The notes under the pieces: model-generated
Told to the model about the DNA's origin: nothing
Seen by the model: only the letters and a program-made list of their open reading frames with translations
The model's database searches: none
Translations under genes and position numbers: made by a program
Origin: Spirogloea muscicola
Taxonomy: Eukaryota
Assembly (NCBI GenBank): GCA_009602725.1
Contig: WELB01000007.1
Coordinates: forward strand, 69,032-97,241
Direction of reading: 5' to 3'
Length of the DNA stretch: 28,210 nt
Part shown: positions 21,432 through 28,210 of the stretch, piece by piece
Layout of the letters: each line of letters opens with the position of its first letter
Numbering within the stretch: position 1 is the stretch's first letter

Positions 21432-21720
21432 AAGGCGCGCGGTGCGCATGAAATTGAAAGGGAGGCCAATTCTAGCCTTACTGTCCTGTAAAACGGGGTA
21501 ATGAGCTGGCTAAGGGGGACACTAACATCCCCGAGCGAGCACATGCATATCTGACAAGCTAAGCTGAGGAGCCATACCACCACCACGGGAGCCATTAGCC
21601 TGGGCTAATGCACGCCCAGCACGCCAGTGTATCGCTAGTGCCTGGGAGCGCTGTAGAATCATTGATAGCCGCATTCTGTAGCATGCAACGAGGGCTTGCG
21701 GGACGCTGGACTGCCCTTAG
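21432..21720 (-). mobile_element. CRE-like family A 3' fragment, uninterrupted counterpart of 14102-14690
   Basis: RMRLSMILQRSQALAIHWRAGRAL...APQLSLSDMHVLARGC* plus the family-A terminal motif. Confidence 0.85.
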
Positions 21721-21901
21721 CTAACCGGCCTGGGGTGGGGGGGAGGAACCAGGCCGCCCTGGGTAGCAACCGCGCGCAGTGAGTGGTGGAGAGCCAGAAG
21801 CTGCCCAAGTACGGTGGCAGGCGTATGGCCCGTCCTTGACGTAACGTCGCGGGAGGCGGCGCGGCAGTCTCCCCCCCCCCCGGCCGGGCGCTCGCCGGCT
21901 C

Positions 21902-24470
21902 ATGGCCGCTGGGCCAGCCAGCTCCCCCACGGCCGGCCCACTGCTGGGCACGACGCTCCTTGGGAAACCCACCACCCGGAATGCCTTCCCTCGCGCCGGC
22001 CGTCAGCTGTGGCGGGGGGCCGTCCGCTCTGCTGGCCTGCACTGCCGCATCTTGTGACCTTGCTATGCTCGCTTGCTCCGGCTCTCTGGCGTGCGAGAGC
22101 GACGCTACTCGCCGGCCGCTCTTCGTGATTGGTGCCCAGGCTGGCGGCTTTAGGTGGGGCCGACGTTCGCTGCTCCCCAAGGCGATGCATGACGCTGCTC
22201 TAGCCCTCGTCCTGCTCCTCTCTTCCCTTTCAGCTGGCTATGCATTGCGAGAGACAACTTCTCGTGCCATTCCACTTTGTGGTACTCTGCATAGCTTTCG
22301 CTCTGGTCTTTCAACAGCTTCTGGGTGGCCTTGCTGCGTATGCCCTACGCTAATAATTATTAACCAAAGACTTTTAGCATCTGAGTTGGCAGGACGTGAG
22401 TGCCTTACCGTGCATTACCAGCAGCCATACGGCACCATGGCTTATCTGATGATCCAGGTCAGCTGCCAGGTCGTGGTGCCCTAGTTTCTAGCTCGAGTGT
22501 CCCTCATGAGGCGAAGGCGCAAGTGCCGTTTGTGTCGTTCTCAGACTACTTGGCTGGTAAGTCCCCCTGCATGGCTGAAGGGTCTTGTGTCCGTCTTGCA
22601 CCTGAGACCCATTGGCCAAAAGATCGGCAAAAGTTCTAGACGGGATTACGATTTGACTGTTCATGATGCGTCTCACTACAAGCATTGTTGCTTGACATTT
22701 CTTCGAGCAGTGTCTGTATCAGAGTCGAGCTAGACAACTTAGGCTGTCGGCTCATCCCAGGGCTTGCTTAGATCAACAAGAGTATGACTTGGTAGCCATG
22801 AAAGAATGCACATTTGATGGAGTCGTTGTAGTTGTTGCCTGGTGCAGGACTGGAAAGCTTGTCTCCTGCAACATCGCAGCATGCATGAGGGGACATCACC
22901 TAGGCTTCTCTAGCCCCACTCATCCAGCTGGACAGCTACCTGGTAGTCATGCTCATAGGCCCTGATGAGTGACATTATCTTGAGTCAAAATTTGGAGTGT
23001 CAACTGAGCCACATGTTCAGCGCAAGCTGTTCCAGCAAACGATCACGATGGTCCAAGCAGTCATACTATGCAACTTATAAGTGGAGGTAGTATATCACAT
23101 TCGTTTGCTTTTGACAGGCCATGTTGTCTGCCTTACTGCTGCTGCAATGGATGGAATCCACGTGCTTAAGTAAGCAAATGCTCGCCGAGACAATGTGACG
23201 TCCTGACGTCTTCATCAGCAACAACAATGATGACTATTACTCACCTTGGTGTCCCCTGCACATGTGAAGGACACTCATTATGCATTGACTAGGTACTTAG
23301 TCGTCCTTTCAGCAATTCACCGATCTTTTGACCCTGGCAACTCCTTGATTCATGATCAATCAGACAATAGTAGAGCTTGTACAATTTCATAACTAGATCT
23401 ATTCAATACAATCTAAAAAACACCGTAAAGTTTGTCATGTCAAGCGGCTTACCTGCTCTGCTTGCTTGTGTCGCAGTATCAGATGGAATCAGCATGACAG
23501 CATCTGCTAAACAGCTTTTTGGCGACTTTCGTGCTTAAATCAGGTGTGCGCCCGTATTTAAAAGTCATCTCGAAATCAGATTGATGCACAGGGTGCACCA
23601 CAATTGCTGTTTAAATGATAGTGGCAGCTCTATGCCATGGGTAAGTACTGTGTGTGACAGTTATTTATCATTTTGATGTTGGCAAGCGATGTTCCTTAAG
23701 AAAGTTGTTGGCTTAGGGGAACCACCAACAGAACTGCATCGCTTGCAATGGCATAATTCCTGATTGATTGAGGGCCTCTTGAAAGCTCCACCCAACACCT
23801 AATACCTAGACACAGAGCAGGTCATGGACGCTTTGGTATTGGCTTCCCTTTAAGAATCACAGATAAACACAATATGTGGTGCTCACTGGTGTCGTTGTGT
23901 TCCTGTCTGTTGTGCAGATTTGCACCATATCCATCATTTGCCTCTGATGATACAGTAGACCAATGCTGTGCTCACGGTCACAAGCTGCACTTGACAATCA
24001 TATGCCTAGCAGGTCCGACTTGCTGACGTATACACGGGAAGCTCTATCTGAACTGTGTCAGTGATTGAGGTGCATTGCTGAGACTTGAAGACTAGCTGCT
24101 ACTGGCGCCTTGCCACTTCTTTCAAGTGCAACCTTGTTTACTGGCTTGCTCGTGAAGGCCTCTGCAGGTGGCATGTGTCTGCAGAGGGTGCAAGCGCGGC
24201 GATCGAGCCAAGATTATACACGAGCTTGAAAGTGTGGGCGAAAGGACTCCAGGCAGACCTGACACAGTGGCCCTGAGCTTGCTGTATCAATGGCATATGC
24301 AGGCATATGACATATTGTATGCTACTTGCAACAATGGTGCTGATACCTGCTACATCCTATGCTCAGAAAGAATTATGCTTGAGAGCGACAAAGCAACCAA
24401 TCAATGCCCAGGCATGAGAGTGGCTCATTTAACCTGGAAGCCTCAAGCACTATGCTCGAGCACAGAGTAA
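21902..24470 (+). other. Possible unidentified spliced transcription unit
   Basis: GC-rich island with an ATG in good context (ctcATGG, 21902) opening a short Ala/Ser/Thr/Arg-rich ORF. Several acceptor-like (gcag/ccag) and donor-like sites follow, and the region lacks retrotransposon tips. I could not assemble a coherent protein. Confidence 0.25.
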
Positions 24471-24969
24471 GGCTGCCTGGCTTGCACTTGACTGATGCTT
24501 GCACTTGAGTGATGTGTGAGGTGGATTGTGTTTCATCAAGCTCTGTGCAGAGGAGAGATTGCATTTCCAAGCATGTTAATGGGGAGTAGGGACAGATGGA
24601 ATTGCATGGCATATTTATAGCATGATACCATTCAAAGCATTCATAGCACCAATTCAAGAGTCGGATACTGAAATAAGTCCTCAGTCAAGAATCTCAAACC
24701 ACGGAATTTTGTCCGTCCATCTGCTTTGAGCTGTGCCCCCTGCCTGTGGTCTCGAGAAATAACATGTAATGAACGTGCAGCTCTATAATTGGTGCTCTTC
24801 ACAGTAGTCAGAGCTTGTTGACCAGAAACGCCGGTATCTGAGATAATGGCGCGGAGCCGCCGCCGCCCAGCATGGGCGCGGAGTCGTCGCCGCCCCAGAG
24901 GCGGCCTGCGCTCGCCATCCCGGCGCTGCCGCCGGGGCCCTGACCTGCATCGACGACGCAGCCGCCGAG

Positions 24970-27935
24970 TTAGGCCGTAGTCGGTCGTCGGCCGCCTGCA
25001 GCCGCGCCCGCCCGCTTGAGCGCACGGTCGTGCTGCAGCACTGTGTGTACGCTCTCCACGACAAACACCGACTGCAACAATACGAAGCGCGAGGGGGTCA
25101 GAGCTCGGCCATTGCTTGGCCACGACTAGCGGCAACCACCAGAGTTGCGGTTGCGGAGTGGACCTGGACAAGCGTGTTGACGAGGCCGACCGCAAAGTAG
25201 AAGTTGGCATTCCCGATCCCCTGCAGCGGGCAGCCATGCTTGCATCGTGATGCCAGCCATGGCAAAGAGTGGCAGCAGTAAAGAGCAGGAGCAAGGGAGG
25301 ATGCACAGAGAGGGAGAGAAAGCCCGGAGGTGTGCCAGGAGGGAGGGAGGAGGGGGGGTGGGGAAATGAAGCTCAGGAGGTGAGAGGAGGGGAGTGGAGG
25401 GAGGAGGGATAGAAGGTAAGGCATGCACTCACCTTCCAGATCCACAGGTCGTACATGACCAGGCCCATTGCTGCGACGTAGGCGAAGCCAAAGCCGATGA
25501 CCCCCAGGAACCGCATGCCTGCACGTCAAGAGAGATGCACCCGTGCGATAAGTAGCAGCTTGAGTGGCGTGCTCATGTGGGTCATGCTCCTACTCTGTGA
25601 AGGCACACTGAGGAAATTGTGAGCAGAATCAGGTGTGTGCAACCTGCGAGCTGGGGCACAAAGAGGGAGGCGAGACCGAGGTAGAGCGCTGTATCCCCAA
25701 CCTGAAATGCGCACGCCGTAACGGGCTTCATGAGCTGTTGAGTAAGAGGAACGAGGAGAGGGGTAGAGAGGGTGGAGGGAAGAGGGTGACAGCAACAACC
25801 CACATCCTACTGGAGAGAGGCAGGAGGCATGGGGCCAAAGGTCTTGCAGAGGAGGGAGGGGCAGGGCCAGCTACCGAGGGGTAAGACTTGAGGAGGGAGG
25901 TGGTGGCAGTGTAGGCGAAGGCGAGAAAGAGCGGGCGGTGGGCGAGGCGAAGTGCGAGCGGCGGGAGAAGCAACACGGCGGCCGCATGGAAGGCAAAGGC
26001 GAAGAAGACGCGGAAGTGCTCAAACACCTCTGCAAAGAAGTACCTGCATGCAGTCGGCAGCAGTCATAAGGTGGGGTTTCAAAGAAGAGGGAGCGACAGC
26101 GAGGCGGATGGAGATGGGAAAAGTGTGGGATGAGAGAGGGAGAGGGTACCAGAAGACGCCAAGGTTTGGGGAGTAGTCCTGGACCAGCAGAGTGAAGCCC
26201 CACGTCCTGCGCGCCGTAGGAAGGAGAGAGGGAGGAGGGAGGGAGGAAGGAGCGAGCTGGCACCGTGCCTGAGTGCTCGGCCGAGCTAGCCCAGCGCGCC
26301 GCTGCCGGCCTGAGGCTACAGCCGCCCAAGCACGTACCGCGTGACTTAGATGAAATTAAGTGAAATCAATTCTAGTATTTATCAAATAATCTGACTTTGA
26401 CTTGGCTTTAGCAGCGCACTTGGGCAGAACTGCAGCTGCACCGCCGTGCCGTCGCAGGGCGAGGGTGAACAGAGCAGCAAGAGCGGCCCCCCACAACGCG
26501 CTCCATAGCACGAACAGCGATGCCTCCACCGCTCCCGGCGGCCAGCCTTGCCAAGCTCTCAATGCCCTGTCAACGCGCTCGCTCGACCCAGCGGCCTCCG
26601 CCTCTGAGTTGTCGCACTCCGCAGCAGCAGCTGACGCGCTGACACTCCTTGATTGCTTTTCGTGCCGATGAGCTTGCAATGTCGGTGTCGGTGCTAAGCG
26701 CTTGGCGGCTTTTGGTCTGTCCGGGCCTCTGCAGAGGAGCAAGAGGATCTGCGGTCATAGAGACAAACACGAGATAAGATTGGTACGTACTGGAGCTGCA
26801 CGCGGATGCGGGAGCGGAGGGGGGGCGAGGGCAAGACAAGGCCTGCAGAGGCAGGGACGAGAAAGGGAGGGAGGGAGGGGCATACCTACCGGCGCAATGA
26901 GTGTGATGGGATAGAGAGAGAGGTGCACGGCAAGCACAAATCCAAAGGCAGCCATGGGGATGTCCCCTGCACGGCGATGCACAGTATGGCGTGCAAGAGT
27001 CACGGGCATGCGAGGAAAAAAGCAGCAGCTATTAGTTTTTGGCGACACCAGAATGGCCACAGAGGGAGCGTGGAAGTCATACCAGCAGCAGCGGAGCGCA
27101 GGGCTAGGAGGACGGCCAGGTTCTCGTACGGCGCGGTCGATCCGCCAGCGCAGGCGGCAATGGCGTAAGGGCTGGCGAGGTAGAGGAGCGATGCCACGCG
27201 GCGAGCATCGTAGCCCGCACTGCCGCCGCCGCCGCCGCCGCTGCGGCCGAGGAGGTCGCCAAGGGACCGGAGCAGCGCAGCTGACGCCAGGTCGGCCGCC
27301 GTGGCTGGGAGGAAGCTTCAGAGAGAAGGGGAGGAGGCGGGCGTGAGAGCCATGGCCTGTTCCTGCAAGCTTCCACCATAAATCCTAAACCTTAAATCCA
27401 CAAGGTGAGGACTGCTGCTCATGGCAAAGAAGATGGGGTGACAAGGATGAGCACCTGAGGCGGCGGGCGGCGAGCGGGCCCAGGAGCGCGACGAGCAGCG
27501 GCGACCCGTGATACGCAAACCCTGGGCCAGTGCGGCACGCAGCAGGACGACGGGCGGTCAGCCTGCTGCATGAGGCCGATGGACTTGCTGCTTATGACCA
27601 GAGCTCCGAGAGCAGCAGCAGCTCAGACCATGACGACGGTGCTGATAGCAACCCAACGACCTTAGCCTAGCTTTTGGAATGCGCAAATTGATCACAATGA
27701 GAGGGTTTGTATAGATTAGTGTCTCGAGTACCAAGGGTTTCAGTCAGTGTACATGCAATCGAGGTTCCAGCTTTGGATTCTTAGCAGTGCATGCTGGGGC
27801 CGCAGCTCGCAGCACCGCCGCGAGCGAAGGTCCTAGTATACTCTGGTGTACCGTGAAACCCCCGAGACTTGAACCCTTGATCCTCACCGGCATATGGCGA
27901 CTGGCCGAGCTGCATTAGATGGTAGCCCTCGGCTA
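24970..27935 (-). CDS. PIGU: GPI transamidase subunit PIG-U (GAB1/CDC91); exons 27935-27888, 27521-27455, 27315-27083, 26966-26890, 26748-26420, 26206-26150, 26043-25875, 25701-25644, 25518-25433, 25220-25164, 25071-24970; 5' exon(s) probably beyond the window
   Basis: Spliced protein contains AEGYHLMQLGQSPYAG|FAYHGSPLL, LAVHLSLYP, GFTLLVQDYSPNLGVFW|YFFAEVFEHFRVFF, LLKSYPS|VGD and LWIWK|GIGNANFYFA, all hallmark PIG-U motifs. Intron phases are consistent. Confidence 0.93.
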
Positions 27936-28103
27936 CTGCGGCAGCAGACGCGCATGCATGCAGTGTGTCAAGAGAAGGCGCGCTGCAGTCTTGTGCACAC
28001 GCCTGCAGGACTGCCATTTGCGCTGGGGGCGCTCGAGCCAGGCCTCTCCATGGAGTCACAACGCAGTACTATCTAGTTCCTCAGTCTCTCCCCATCACCC
28101 TGA

Positions 28104-28135
28104 CCCTCCCTCCCTCCCTCCCTCCCTCCCTCCCT
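28104..28135. repeat. (CCCT)n microsatellite, probably within a PIG-U intron
   Basis: Eight ccct units. Confidence 0.85.
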
Positions 28136-28210
28136 CTTTCTCTCTAGCTTCCTCGCCCTCGCTTGCTCATTCTCCCTTGCTCTCTCTTGCACGAGCACGC
28201 GCTCACCTCC

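Noticed and set aside
4075..21475. CRISPR-like array (recurrent palindromic repeat with variable intervening sequence)
   Set aside because: Spacing is irregular, repeats are diverged, the context is eukaryotic with no cas genes, and the repeats map to retrotransposon 3' UTRs.
2242..21475. Hammerhead or HDV-like ribozyme in the family-A terminal motif
   Set aside because: I found no CUGANGA/GAAA core or convincing nested pseudoknot by eye, and the motif lies at the 3' end rather than the 5' end.
3440..21720. Fanzor/TnpB-like RNA-guided nuclease with a conserved 3' RNA
   Set aside because: The protein remnants show the zinc knuckle plus RLE motifs of non-LTR elements, not RuvC motifs. Variable 5' truncation and variable-length TSDs fit retrotransposition.
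24641..25306. 221-aa minus-strand ORF
   Set aside because: It overlaps the last PIG-U exons, introns and 3' UTR without reproducing the PIG-U motifs. The spliced model explains the region.

Overview
Eukaryotic, GC-rich, intron-containing genomic DNA, most likely from a streptophyte green alga (inferred from plant-type gene families and GT-AG introns). Four host genes are recognisable by manual splicing: the 3' part of a DCP5/LSM14 decapping factor (+, <1-1243), an atypical SAC51-like HLH gene (+, 9438-~10789), a subfamily IX (FBH/AKS-type) bHLH gene (+, ~14826-17688) and a PIG-U GPI-transamidase subunit (-, 24970->27935, extending past the window). A possible unidentified transcription unit lies at ~21.9-24.5 kb. 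Three intergenic blocks (~2.2-8.9 kb, ~11.4-14.8 kb, ~17.8-21.7 kb) are largely a mosaic of heavily 5'-truncated fragments of several families of CRE-clade-like non-LTR retrotransposons with a restriction-like endonuclease (RLE). Many pieces are only 35-200 bp 3' tips, stacked mostly in one orientation and inserted into one another, two with clear target-site duplications. The families share a C-terminal peptide (SxSDLxxLTRGY*), and several share a 3' stem-loop (GGGCTGG..CCAGCCC). These nested arrays of 3' tips are the most unusual feature. All calls come from reading the sequence by eye; no database searches were run.
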